From the NCBI GenBank assembly GCA_963710535.1, contig CAVQAW010000001.1, positions 410 through 64,409 on the forward strand: DNA of 64,000 nucleotides. The letters run 5' to 3'. The notes beneath the pieces were generated by a model. That model was not told the DNA's origin. It saw nothing but the letters and a program-made list of their open reading frames with translations, and searched no databases. The position numbers were made by a program, and so were the translations under genes. The DNA comes from an uncultured Flavobacteriaceae bacterium. GTDB taxonomy: Bacteria > Bacteroidota > Bacteroidia > Flavobacteriales > Flavobacteriaceae. Positions 10,453 through 19,390 of this stretch are shown piece by piece; position 1 is the first letter of the stretch, and every line of letters begins with the position of its first letter.

Positions 10453-11133
10453 TTACTTGATATTTTCGATTTGTTCCAAGCCCTTTTCCAAATTGAATTT
10501 ATCCATCGGTAAAAATCCCTTGGTGATCAATACCAGACCACAAATGATCAGAATAACGCCCAAGGCCTTTTTGACCATTCGTATTCTTTTCGTGGTCAAC
10601 TTTTGCTTGAGCTGTTTTGCCAACAATATTTTAAAAAGATCGGTAATAAAATAGGCGGTGATCAGTGCGGCAAAGAAAGTAATCATCCTATTTGCATCGT
10701 TTCCGAGATTTGGGCCTACCACCAATATGACCCCCAGCCAGAAGACCAAAACCCCTATATTGATGAAATTCAACAAAAATCCCTTGATAAAAAGCCCCAA
10801 ATAGCCTTTTTTGGTCTTTATCTTCAATTGTCCTTCCGTCACTTGGCTTTTATTTTCCTTTTTCACCAGGATGGTGATGCCATAAACGAATAAAATCACC
10901 CCCCCAAAAACATAAAGCCCGGGTTGGTTGCTCAAATTTCTCAATAACTGAAAGCTGCTGAAATAGGCGACCGTTATAAACAAAACATCTGCTACTATAA
11001 CGCCCAAATCAAATACAAGGGCTGCCCGAAAACCTTTTAAAACACTGGTTTGAATAAGTACGAAAAAAACCGGACCAATCATGAAGCTAAGAAAAAACCC
11101 CAAGGGTATGGCCGCCTGTATATCTTCCCACAT
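10453..11133 (-). CDS. LysE family translocator
   Basis: Hydrophobic 226-aa protein with 'GFFLSFMIGPVFFVLIQTS...GF...A..F.LG...D' and 'F.KGFLLNFIN' motifs. Confidence 0.85.
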   Translation of the reverse strand: MWEDIQAAIPLGFFLSFMIGPVFFVLIQTSVLKGFRAALVFDLGVIVADVLFITVAYFSSFQLLRNLSNQPGLYVFGGVILFVYGITILVKKENKSQVTEGQLKIKTKKGYLGLFIKGFLLNFINIGVLVFWLGVILVVGPNLGNDANRMITFFAALITAYFITDLFKILLAKQLKQKLTTKRIRMVKKALGVILIICGLVLITKGFLPMDKFNLEKGLEQIENIK

Positions 11134-11241
11134 TCGTTATCGTGCCTTTTTTTGAATTTAATGAAATGGAGTTATGGCTCTTGTTGGGATAAAAAAATAG
11201 GTGCCTCTTCGAGGCTGAAGCCATCCATCGAACAGACGTGA

Positions 11242-11925
11242 TCACATCCGCTTGATTTTTCCCCCAAATACCGTTTTTTCTTCCATTTTAGCCGGGTCGC
11301 CGTAGACCAGTACTTCTCCGCCCGCCTTAACCGAGGCCTTTACATAATCGGAAGCGTTTATTTCAGCCTTCGATCCGGCATTCACATTTACGGTCGTAAA
11401 TTTGGTCTTGAATTCTTTCCCATTATAAACCCCTCCGGTATTGATGAGGACGTCTTGCAGGTTCGAAGACCCCGTCGCTTCTATGATGCCCCCGGTAACC
11501 GTTTTAATAAGGAGTTGTTCCACTTTCGCCTTGATTACCAGTTCACCCCCTTCTTGGGCCTTAAGTTCCAATATTTCCTGGCTAATGACATCATTGGAAG
11601 TAATCCTTGCATCTTCATTGACATCGATAACAATCAAATTTTCCGTGTAATAGACTTCCACAAAAGTACGGTAACCACTGAAAATCTTATCGAGCTGCAT
11701 CCGAAGTTTTAGAATACCGTCGTTGTTCACAATGGAAACCTTGTTCGTATTGGCCCCCGTAATGACCGCTTTGTTCTCATTCGACCTGATCAGGTTCACC
11801 GATAGGCCATCAAAGGCCTTGATTTCGGTGAACTTCTCCAAGGATAACGTAATTGTCCCATTCTGGGCAACCATCAGATGGACGCAGACCAATAGACAAG
11901 CCAGTAAGAGTATCTTCTGTTTCAT
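11242..11925 (-). CDS. Head GIN domain (DUF2807-like) secreted protein
   Basis: Likely start MKQKILL at 11925 with a signal peptide; 'FTEIKAFDGLSVNLI' and repeated 'A..GG.I...G' beta-solenoid pattern, ending 'GGEVLVYGDP...GGKIKRM'. Confidence 0.75.
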   Translation of the reverse strand: MKQKILLLACLLVCVHLMVAQNGTITLSLEKFTEIKAFDGLSVNLIRSNENKAVITGANTNKVSIVNNDGILKLRMQLDKIFSGYRTFVEVYYTENLIVIDVNEDARITSNDVISQEILELKAQEGGELVIKAKVEQLLIKTVTGGIIEATGSSNLQDVLINTGGVYNGKEFKTKFTTVNVNAGSKAEINASDYVKASVKAGGEVLVYGDPAKMEEKTVFGGKIKRM

Positions 11926-12092
11926 AAGGCCGCACAAGATATGGTTACTTTTCCGCGAAACATGCAAAATCCATCGCGCATTTGCAATAAACTTTGATTT
12001 ACAATACTCAAAATACAAACATTATTCCAAAAAGCACTGCATTCAAAAGGTTTATGTATGGTGGTTCACTTAAGGCACGCCGATCAAAGCAT

Positions 12093-14282
12093 TTATTCGT
12101 GTTTTCCGATCAAAGAAAAATCGAGATGGCGTTTCACCAAATCGGTGCTCTTTACCATTACCACAACCTCGTCGCCCAAGGTGTAAGTTTTTTTGGTGCG
12201 TTCGCCCACTATGGCGTATTGCTTCTCATCAAAGATATAATAATCTCCTTTTACATCACGGATACGCACCATGCCCTCACATTTGTTCTCAATGATCTCT
12301 ACATAGATTCCCCATTCGGTCACCCCTGATATAACCCCCACGAACTCCCTGTCTTGGTGGTCTTGCATGAACTTGATCTGCATATATTTTACAGAATCGC
12401 GTTCCGCATTGGCGGCTAGATTTTCCATATCGGATGAATGCTTGCATTTCTGTTCGTAAATATCCGCTTGGGGGGTTTTTCCTTCGTCGAGGTAATTTTG
12501 CAACAAACGGTGAACCATTACATCGGGATACCTTCGAATCGGAGACGTAAAATGGGTATAATAATCGAATGCGAGTCCGTAATGCCCTATATTCTCGGTA
12601 GTATATATCGCTTTGCTCATGCTGCGAATCGCCAAGGTATCTACCAGATTTTGTTCTTTTTGTCCTTTTACATCCTCCAATAATTGGTTCAGCGAAGCAC
12701 TGATCGACTTCTTATCCTTAAAATCGAGTTTGTGTCCGAATCTGGTAATAATGGCATTCAACGCCTGGAGTTTTTCCTCATTGGGATTGTCGTGTATCCT
12801 GTAAACAAAGGTCTTCTTTGGTTTTTGTTTACCTATGAACTCGGCCACCTTCTGGTTGGCCAGCAACATAAACTCCTCGATCAATTTGTTGGCATCCTTG
12901 GCTTCCTTGAAATATACACTTTCAGGTTCGCTTTTGTCGTTCAAATTAAAACGCACCTCTACCTTGTCAAAGGAGATGGCGCCCTGTTTCATGCGTCTTT
13001 CCCTCATTATTTTTGCCAGACGATCCATGGTGAGCGTCGCCTCCACAATTTCCTTTCCCACGGTAAAAGCTGCTCCCCGGATGGATATTTCGGACGGAAT
13101 GTTCCCATTTTTGTTCTCGATGATATGCTGGGCTTCCTCGTAGGCAAATCGCTCATTGGAATTGATGACCGTTCTACCGAACCATTGCTGCTTCACGCCG
13201 GCATTTTGATCCAACTCGAAAATGGCAGAAAAAGTATATTTTTCCTCATTGGGCCTCAACGAACATACATTATTAGACAAGACTTCCGGCAACATGGGAA
13301 CCACCCTGTCTACCAAATAAACCGATGTGGCACGGTTGTAGGCCTCATCATCGAGCAGGGTGTCGGTTTTTAGGTAATGCGACACATCGGCAATATGAAT
13401 ACCTATCGCATAATTGCCATTTTCCAATACCTCAAAAGAGAGGGCATCGTCGAAATCTTTGGCATCCTTTGGGTCTATGGTAAATGTCAAAACCGAACGC
13501 ATGTCCCTGCGTTTTGAAATTTCTTCCGCAGTGATACGAATGTCAAGCTTATCCGCAAAACGCTCCACCTCCGGGGGAAATTGGTAAGGAAGCCCATATT
13601 CAGCCAAAATAGAATGGATTTCGGTATCATGTTCCCCTGGTTTCCCGAGTACTTCGGTAATGATACCAAAGGGAGAATCGGCCTTTTCGGGCCATTCGGT
13701 TATTTCAACAATGACCTTGTCGCCATCATTGGCACTGCCCATATTATTCTTCGAAACAAAAACATCGGTATACATTCTGAAATCAGAAGCCCTCACAAAC
13801 GCAAAATTCTTTTGCATATCCAAAATACCCACGAAACTATTTTTCTTGCGTTCGATGATCTTGGTGATTTCCCCTTCCAACTTTTTACCATTTCGCCTGG
13901 GATAGACGTACACTTCCACCGTGTCTTTATGAAAGGCCTTATTTATTTTATTGAAGGGGACGAAAATATCATCATCCATACCTTCCACGACAATATACGC
14001 ATTGCCGCGACCTGTGATGTCAACTGTACCTATGTGGTGGGTTTTAACCGCTCCAGCCGCTTTGTAATTTCCGCGACTTTCCTCCAAAATCCTTTTTTTC
14101 TCCTTCAATTCTACCAGTCTCTTGATCAACTGGTTCCTATCCTGGGCATCGGTAACTCCGATTTGAGCGGCAATTTGTTTATAATTAAAGGCTTTTTTAG
14201 GCTCTTTTTCAAGAACAGTAAAAATACCTTTGGTAATTTCATTGCTTCTATGGTTTTTTGCCTTCTTCTTTTTCTTCGACAT
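12093..14282 (-). CDS. rnr: Ribonuclease R
   Basis: RNB catalytic motif 'TIDPKDAKDFDDALS', 'HFTSPIRRYPD', C-terminal S1 domain; likely start MSKKKKK at 14282. Confidence 0.95.
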   Translation of the reverse strand: MSKKKKKAKNHRSNEITKGIFTVLEKEPKKAFNYKQIAAQIGVTDAQDRNQLIKRLVELKEKKRILEESRGNYKAAGAVKTHHIGTVDITGRGNAYIVVEGMDDDIFVPFNKINKAFHKDTVEVYVYPRRNGKKLEGEITKIIERKKNSFVGILDMQKNFAFVRASDFRMYTDVFVSKNNMGSANDGDKVIVEITEWPEKADSPFGIITEVLGKPGEHDTEIHSILAEYGLPYQFPPEVERFADKLDIRITAEEISKRRDMRSVLTFTIDPKDAKDFDDALSFEVLENGNYAIGIHIADVSHYLKTDTLLDDEAYNRATSVYLVDRVVPMLPEVLSNNVCSLRPNEEKYTFSAIFELDQNAGVKQQWFGRTVINSNERFAYEEAQHIIENKNGNIPSEISIRGAAFTVGKEIVEATLTMDRLAKIMRERRMKQGAISFDKVEVRFNLNDKSEPESVYFKEAKDANKLIEEFMLLANQKVAEFIGKQKPKKTFVYRIHDNPNEEKLQALNAIITRFGHKLDFKDKKSISASLNQLLEDVKGQKEQNLVDTLAIRSMSKAIYTTENIGHYGLAFDYYTHFTSPIRRYPDVMVHRLLQNYLDEGKTPQADIYEQKCKHSSDMENLAANAERDSVKYMQIKFMQDHQDREFVGVISGVTEWGIYVEIIENKCEGMVRIRDVKGDYYIFDEKQYAIVGERTKKTYTLGDEVVVMVKSTDLVKRHLDFSLIGKHE

Positions 14283-14300
14283 TAAATATTTATTTGGGCG

Positions 14301-14308
14301 CAAAATTA
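14301..14308 (-). promoter_or_regulatory. -7 promoter element (TAATTTTG) for rnr
   Basis: CAAAATTA on the + strand, 18 nt before the ATG. Confidence 0.6.
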
Positions 14309-14309
14309 C

Positions 14310-14860
14310 GAATTATAATCCATAGCCATTGAAAGAACGATTTTCCAACCAAAAAGTGCAATTAAAATTGTTATCAACAATACTAATTATATTATTATCT
14401 TTTTATTGAAATGAAGTATTAAAATGGTGATGATGATGGGGTGTTGATAGTAGGGATAAATAATGTACGGAATCCTTGTTTTGAACCAGCACTTATTTTT
14501 ATTGACAAAATTTACAATAGAATTACACTTGATTTTGAAGTGGTTAAACCCTTTATCAAGATAAGTTGATAACCTCTTTCAACACTAAATTTTTGATAAG
14601 TAAAAGTTAAATCCTTGTTAATCCAAGTTGTTTTTGTTTTGATAACCCGCCATTAAAATAATAGAACTAAATTTTTGGATTCGGTCTTGGTTTTGTAATA
14701 CAATTTTATCACCCCAACCACAAGGAGAAGTAATATATATTTTTAATTGGCTTATCAACAATTGTTCAACCTACTAAAAAACAGAAATGAACATGCAGGC
14801 CTGGGATAAGTTCAAAACCTCGGTTAACGGCAACTGGCATGACCTATGAACCACAACAAT
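14310..14860. other. Candidate chromosomal replication origin (oriC)
   Basis: About 600-bp very AT-rich intergenic region with a cluster of TTATCAACA-like 9-mers: 14371-14379 and 14752-14760 exact; variants at 14442-14450(-), 14553-14561, 14564-14572(-), 14591-14599(-), 14637-14645(-), 14706-14714. Confidence 0.6.
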
Positions 14861-14863
14861 TCG

Positions 14864-14871
14864 TATTTTTG
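14864..14871 (+). promoter_or_regulatory. -7 promoter element (TATTTTTG) for rpiB
   Basis: TAnnTTTG match 28 nt before the ATG. Confidence 0.55.
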
Positions 14872-14899
14872 TGTTTCTAATCCATAAAATCATCTGATC

Positions 14900-15331
14900 A
14901 TGAAAATTGCGATAGGAAACGACCATGCGGGAACGGAGTATAAATTGGCCGTCATGGGACTTTTAAAATCAATGGGCATAGAAGTGGCCAATTATGGAAC
15001 GGACGGAACCGATAGTGTTGATTACCCTGATTTTGTGCACCCTGTGTCCAAGGATGTGGGCGAAGGCAAAGTCAAATATGGCATTATTATCTGTGGTAGT
15101 GGCAATGGGGCCTCCATGACGGCCAACAAACACCAAAAAGTGCGATGTGCCCTTTGTTGGAACAAGGAGATAGTGGCTTTGGCCAGGGAACATAACGATG
15201 CCAATATATTGAGCCTGCCAGCACGGTTCATATCACTGCCTCAAGCGCTCGACATGGTCAGAACTTTTCTCGAAACCGAATTTGCGGGCGGTAGGCATGA
15301 ACGACGCATCGAAAAAATACCCTGTATATAG
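14900..15331 (+). CDS. rpiB: Ribose-5-phosphate isomerase B
   Basis: 'MKIAIGNDHAG', 'SVDYPD', 'GIIICGSGNG', 'AREHNDANIL', 'F.GGRHERRI'. Confidence 0.95.
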   Translation: MKIAIGNDHAGTEYKLAVMGLLKSMGIEVANYGTDGTDSVDYPDFVHPVSKDVGEGKVKYGIIICGSGNGASMTANKHQKVRCALCWNKEIVALAREHNDANILSLPARFISLPQALDMVRTFLETEFAGGRHERRIEKIPCI

Positions 15332-15379
15332 AAAAGTAGGGAATCCTAATCGTAATTACCGCCCAGACCTGAACCTTAA

Positions 15380-15826
15380 ATGATCAAAATAGAAACTAAA
15401 ACTTTTCAGGAATTGAATACCGATGAGCTGTATTCGATTTTACAGCTGAGAAGCGCGATTTTTGTGGTGGAACAAGATTGTGTGTACCAGGATTTGGACG
15501 GCAAGGACGCCTTGGCGATGCATGTATTGGGAAAAAAGGAAGGCGAGCTGGTGGCCTACACCAGAATATTTGCCCCAGGGGCATATTTTAAAGAAGCGAG
15601 CATCGGAAGGGTAGCGGTCAAAAAGCAGGAGCGACAGTTCGGCTATGGTAGGGAAATCATGCTAGCCTCGATAAAGGCCGTACAAAATTACTTTCAAGAA
15701 TCAAGGATCCACCTGTCGGCCCAGACCTATCTGACCAAATTTTACCAATCACTTGGATTTGTCGCCCAAGGGGAAACTTACCTGGAAGATGATATCCCCC
15801 ATATTGCCATGTTCAAAACCAAATAA
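15380..15826 (+). CDS. GNAT N-acetyltransferase, ElaA family
   Basis: 'LYSILQLRSAIFVVEQDCVYQDLDGKD', 'IGRV', 'LSAQTYLTKFYQSLGF...YLEDDIPHIAM'. Confidence 0.9.
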   Translation: MIKIETKTFQELNTDELYSILQLRSAIFVVEQDCVYQDLDGKDALAMHVLGKKEGELVAYTRIFAPGAYFKEASIGRVAVKKQERQFGYGREIMLASIKAVQNYFQESRIHLSAQTYLTKFYQSLGFVAQGETYLEDDIPHIAMFKTK

Positions 15827-15837
15827 AAGGAAATTGC

Positions 15838-16212
15838 CTATATCTTGATGGGTTTTTTGTTGCCCAGATTCAGGTCTTCCAGCATGGTATCGGTAAATTT
15901 ATAATGCCCTTTGGTGGTGATGATACGAAACCCATGCGAATTCATTCTGCTGATGGTGTCCAAAAAAAGCCATTTCGATTTTAAAAGCTTTGGCTTTTCA
16001 GATTTCAAACTGATTTCAAAGTAATATTTCTTACCATTTTTATAGGCCACAATATCGGGCGTAACGTGAGTTTTGCTTTGTTTTCTTAAATACGATTTTG
16101 GAGATTCGTAACCTTCCATGTCGGCTTTGATATCTTCAAACCCCGAAGATTCCAAATGCTGAATGGACTTTGCTAAAAACGCACCGTTTTCTTGTTTTTC
16201 AATTTTTACCAT
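15838..16212 (-). CDS. Hypothetical protein with a PD-(D/E)xK nuclease-like motif
   Basis: About 124 aa, containing 'TPDIVAYKNGKKYYFEISLK'; likely start MVKIEK at 16212. Confidence 0.6.
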   Translation of the reverse strand: MVKIEKQENGAFLAKSIQHLESSGFEDIKADMEGYESPKSYLRKQSKTHVTPDIVAYKNGKKYYFEISLKSEKPKLLKSKWLFLDTISRMNSHGFRIITTKGHYKFTDTMLEDLNLGNKKPIKI

Positions 16213-16330
16213 AACCAACAAGATACACCAAAATGGGAGATATCCAAATTATTTCGCCTGATTAACAAAGGTTTGTGAGTATTGCGAGCTAAAAAAATGG
16301 CTTAAAAAACGCAATTTCTAGAGCGGTATT

Positions 16331-17557
16331 TCAGGCTTTGTTCCGATACAGTGCGGCCCCTATTTTTTCAACAACGCCCACCACCAAGGCATTGCCCATG
16401 AAAAATGCCCTTTTTCTATCACTTACACCGTTGAGTTTGGTGTGGTCATCAGGGAACATGTTGAGCCGTTCAAGCTCGACGGGCGTTAAACGTCTGAGTC
16501 CGTTTTTTGTTTGCACCACATGTTTGAATCGGGATGCAGATCTGCCGCCCTCACCGGTAATGATGGTCCTTGAGGCCTTGTCCAAGGCATCCGGAAAAAC
16601 CATTTTACCTTCTGCATAACGGTATTCAAATCCGTTTTTTTTGGAGTTTCGCACTTCTTTTTTAGCCCCTTTGAGATAGTCCCATTTTGAAAGATCTTGC
16701 GGACTTAGATAAAAGTCGCCCGTTGCTTCACCATTTTGCAGCACATCGCCCAAAACCATCCTTTTGCCATTGTACTTTGGCAGTGTTTTACAGGTATATG
16801 CCTTTCCGTTCACAAAAACGCCCGTATTCAAAAACGGTGACAGGCCTGCTTTTGCATTGAAGCGTTCCGAAAGGGCTACCAAGTCATCTTGTATGGGAAA
16901 ACTTTCGATCCCATTGGCCGCATCCACTACAGGGAATGCTTGGGCAAGAACACCTGATGCAAGCATCCAGTCGGTTTTGTCGGTGTTAAGCAGGGAACCA
17001 TGGATTTTCGAACCAAGGTGATAAGCAAGGAAAAAGACACGCTTTCTTCGCTGTGGCATCCCATAATCTGCGGCGTTGATCACGCGCCATTCCACTGCAT
17101 ACCCCAAGTCGGAAAGACTTTTTAAAATGATGGCAAAATCCCTACCCCTTTGTGTAGCGGGGGATTTCAACAGGCGGTCAACATTTTCAAGCAACAAATA
17201 TTTAGGCCTCGATTTCTTTTCGGAGAGTATTCTGTGGACAGACCACCACAACACCCCCTTTTTACCGATAAGTCCTTTGGCATTCTGCAGGGTACTGGCC
17301 ACGGAGTAATCTTGACATGGAAAGCCCCCTACCAAAAGATCGGCATCGGGTATTTCGGAGGTGGGTACTTCCGAAATATCACGATTACAGTGGTTTTTGG
17401 GACCGAATCGCGCTTCATAGACCTCGGAGGCATGCTGGTTTTTGGTTGACGGTTCCCATTGGTTGCTCCATACCACTTCGTAATGCCCGGTTCGTTCGAG
17501 CCCTAAACGAAAACCGCCCACGCCTGCGAAAAGTTCTATAACTTTGAGTTTGTCCAT
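16331..17557 (-). CDS. dcm: DNA (cytosine-5)-methyltransferase, M.Sau3AI-like
   Basis: C5-MTase motifs I (ELFAGVGG), IV (GGFPCQ), VI (LENV), VIII (QRRKRVFF), IX/X (RLTPVELERL...GNALVV). Segments 'NQWEPS', 'CQDYSVA', 'GKKGVLWW' and 'ENVDRLLKSP..QRGRDFA' match my recollection of the M.Sau3AI subfamily. Confidence 0.9.
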   Translation of the reverse strand: MDKLKVIELFAGVGGFRLGLERTGHYEVVWSNQWEPSTKNQHASEVYEARFGPKNHCNRDISEVPTSEIPDADLLVGGFPCQDYSVASTLQNAKGLIGKKGVLWWSVHRILSEKKSRPKYLLLENVDRLLKSPATQRGRDFAIILKSLSDLGYAVEWRVINAADYGMPQRRKRVFFLAYHLGSKIHGSLLNTDKTDWMLASGVLAQAFPVVDAANGIESFPIQDDLVALSERFNAKAGLSPFLNTGVFVNGKAYTCKTLPKYNGKRMVLGDVLQNGEATGDFYLSPQDLSKWDYLKGAKKEVRNSKKNGFEYRYAEGKMVFPDALDKASRTIITGEGGRSASRFKHVVQTKNGLRRLTPVELERLNMFPDDHTKLNGVSDRKRAFFMGNALVVGVVEKIGAALYRNKA

Positions 17558-17564
17558 TGAGGAC

Positions 17565-17572
17565 CAAAATTA
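17565..17572 (-). promoter_or_regulatory. -7 promoter element (TAATTTTG) for the methyltransferase
   Basis: CAAAATTA on the + strand, 7 nt from the ATG. Confidence 0.55.
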
Positions 17573-17685
17573 CATAATTCCCTTAAGCAACAAGTACCAT
17601 TCATCGATTTCTAAAACGATCAAGAAACCGCTGGCTATTGCAATGATGTTTGACATAGCCACATTTTCTGAAGGTGCAGGCGGGG

Positions 17686-19209
17686 CTATTTTTTTCCAAA
17701 CACAAGGTCCAAGTGCGCCTCATCCGGCCTTCTTTGATTACTGAGCCGACTCACCAGCAGGTAGGTCAGCATGGAAAAAACAAAGGCCGGAATCACTTCA
17801 TGGACGTCCCTTAATCCTTCAAATTCAAACCTGAAGCCAAAACGCCAGACCACATTGACCACCATGCCCACGACCATGGAAGCCATGGCACCAAGGTCGG
17901 TCCCCCATTTCAGATAGAGTCCGCCAAAAATCGCAGGAAAAAAACTGGCCGCGAACACGGCGCCCGCGAAGGCGGTAAGTTCTACGATTCCCGCCATGGG
18001 GTAGAGCGTCATCACAAATACGATCAAACAATAAACACCCATGAACCACTTGGTACGTTGAATAATTTTTGAATCGGGCATGGGCCGCACCACGTGCCAA
18101 ATATCTTTTACAAAAGCGGTTCCTATGATGATGATTACCGACGCTAGGGAAGACATCCCCGCCGCGAACAATCCCGCCACACAGATACCGTTCACCCATT
18201 TGTTATCGAATTTGTCGAGCATAAACCCGATTACTTCGTCGGTGTTGTGGATCAGGTATGCCGCCTCATCTGGCGTGGCCATACCGTGCACCAAGGCACC
18301 CAATCCCATGACACAAACCAGGGATATCCCTAAAAATATCGGGGTCCAAATCATCGCAAATCGCATGCTTTTTGCATTGTTGATCGAATAAAAACGGATG
18401 AGGTTTTTCGGTTCCGAGATCTGTTTCATTCCAACGGAGAGCCCTATCCCTAAAATATAAAGGAAGGAAACCAGTTCCCCGAAGGTGACCAATCCCGATT
18501 GAATCGGCCGACCCGCCCTGGTCAAATGGTCTGTGGTACGTATCGTCTCCCACAAATTATCGATTCCTCCGGTGTACATGAACGGAATGGCGAGCATCAA
18601 CATGGCCACCCCGAACATGATGATGCCCTGTATCGCATCGGTCCAGAGCACGCTGTACATGCCTCCTGAAATGGTATAGGCGCATGTGATCGCTATGATG
18701 GCGAAAGCCCCATATTCATAGGGAATATCGAGAACGGAGGTCAGCACATGGGCACAGCCTTTGGCTATGCCGATCATGTACCAAAGGGTGGCGAACAAAA
18801 TTATGACGGCAGAGAGCACCCTGATGCTTTTTGCCAAATTGCTCTTGTATCTGAGATGAAAGTAATCGGGAATGGTAAAGGATCTCAGTCGGGCCGTTTG
18901 AAACCTCATTTTTGGCCCCAACAGCTGCCAGGAGATGATACAGAATAAGGTCCATATAAAGCCCATCCAAGCCCAGGAAAGGCCATATTGAAAGGAAAGG
19001 CCCGCCTGTCCGATATAGGTGTTGGTACTGGCCGAGGTCGAGAAAAAGGCCAAGGAAATGACCCATCCGGGAATCTCACGCTTGGCCACATAATAACCTT
19101 CCACGCCTTCTGAGGCCTTTTTTTTGAAATACCAGCCTACATAAAGGCATCCGCCCACATAGATCGTGGTCAGAATCAAGGTCACATAGTGGGCTTCAAA
19201 ATACGCCAT
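17686..19209 (-). CDS. Sodium:solute symporter (SSS) family transporter
   Basis: Polytopic membrane protein with 'YYVAKR', 'SASTNTYIGQAG...YG', 'TIPDYFHLRY', 'YTISGGMYSVLWTDAIQG', 'AAGMSSL'. ATG at 19209 overlaps the upstream small-ORF stop (TGATG). Confidence 0.9.
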   Translation of the reverse strand: MAYFEAHYVTLILTTIYVGGCLYVGWYFKKKASEGVEGYYVAKREIPGWVISLAFFSTSASTNTYIGQAGLSFQYGLSWAWMGFIWTLFCIISWQLLGPKMRFQTARLRSFTIPDYFHLRYKSNLAKSIRVLSAVIILFATLWYMIGIAKGCAHVLTSVLDIPYEYGAFAIIAITCAYTISGGMYSVLWTDAIQGIIMFGVAMLMLAIPFMYTGGIDNLWETIRTTDHLTRAGRPIQSGLVTFGELVSFLYILGIGLSVGMKQISEPKNLIRFYSINNAKSMRFAMIWTPIFLGISLVCVMGLGALVHGMATPDEAAYLIHNTDEVIGFMLDKFDNKWVNGICVAGLFAAGMSSLASVIIIIGTAFVKDIWHVVRPMPDSKIIQRTKWFMGVYCLIVFVMTLYPMAGIVELTAFAGAVFAASFFPAIFGGLYLKWGTDLGAMASMVVGMVVNVVWRFGFRFEFEGLRDVHEVIPAFVFSMLTYLLVSRLSNQRRPDEAHLDLVFGKK

Positions 19210-19328
19210 CAATGCTCGGGCCGATGATCTTGTTCATCGACGGTGATGTCGCGTTTCAACACAAGGACGGCATTTAAAATGATCAAAACGATGATGCCCA
19301 AATAGGGGAATAGGGTTAAAAAATCCAT
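19209..19328 (-). CDS. Small 39-aa single-pass membrane protein, putative SSS partner (absent from the ORF track)
   Basis: MDFLTLFPYLGIIVLIILNAVLVLKRDITVDEQDHRPEH*; its TGA overlaps the symporter ATG. Confidence 0.65.
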   Translation of the reverse strand: MDFLTLFPYLGIIVLIILNAVLVLKRDITVDEQDHRPEH

Positions 19329-19390
19329 TGGCCTGTTTTCACTTGATATTTTGGTTTTCCGTTGGCACCGATCTTTTTCGCCATCGGGCG

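Noticed and set aside
15838-17557. Calling the MTase and small ORF a bona fide Type II restriction-modification system
   Set aside because: The ORF is far shorter than Sau3AI-type endonucleases, and there is no control protein or mobility context; kept only as a hypothesis in the findings.
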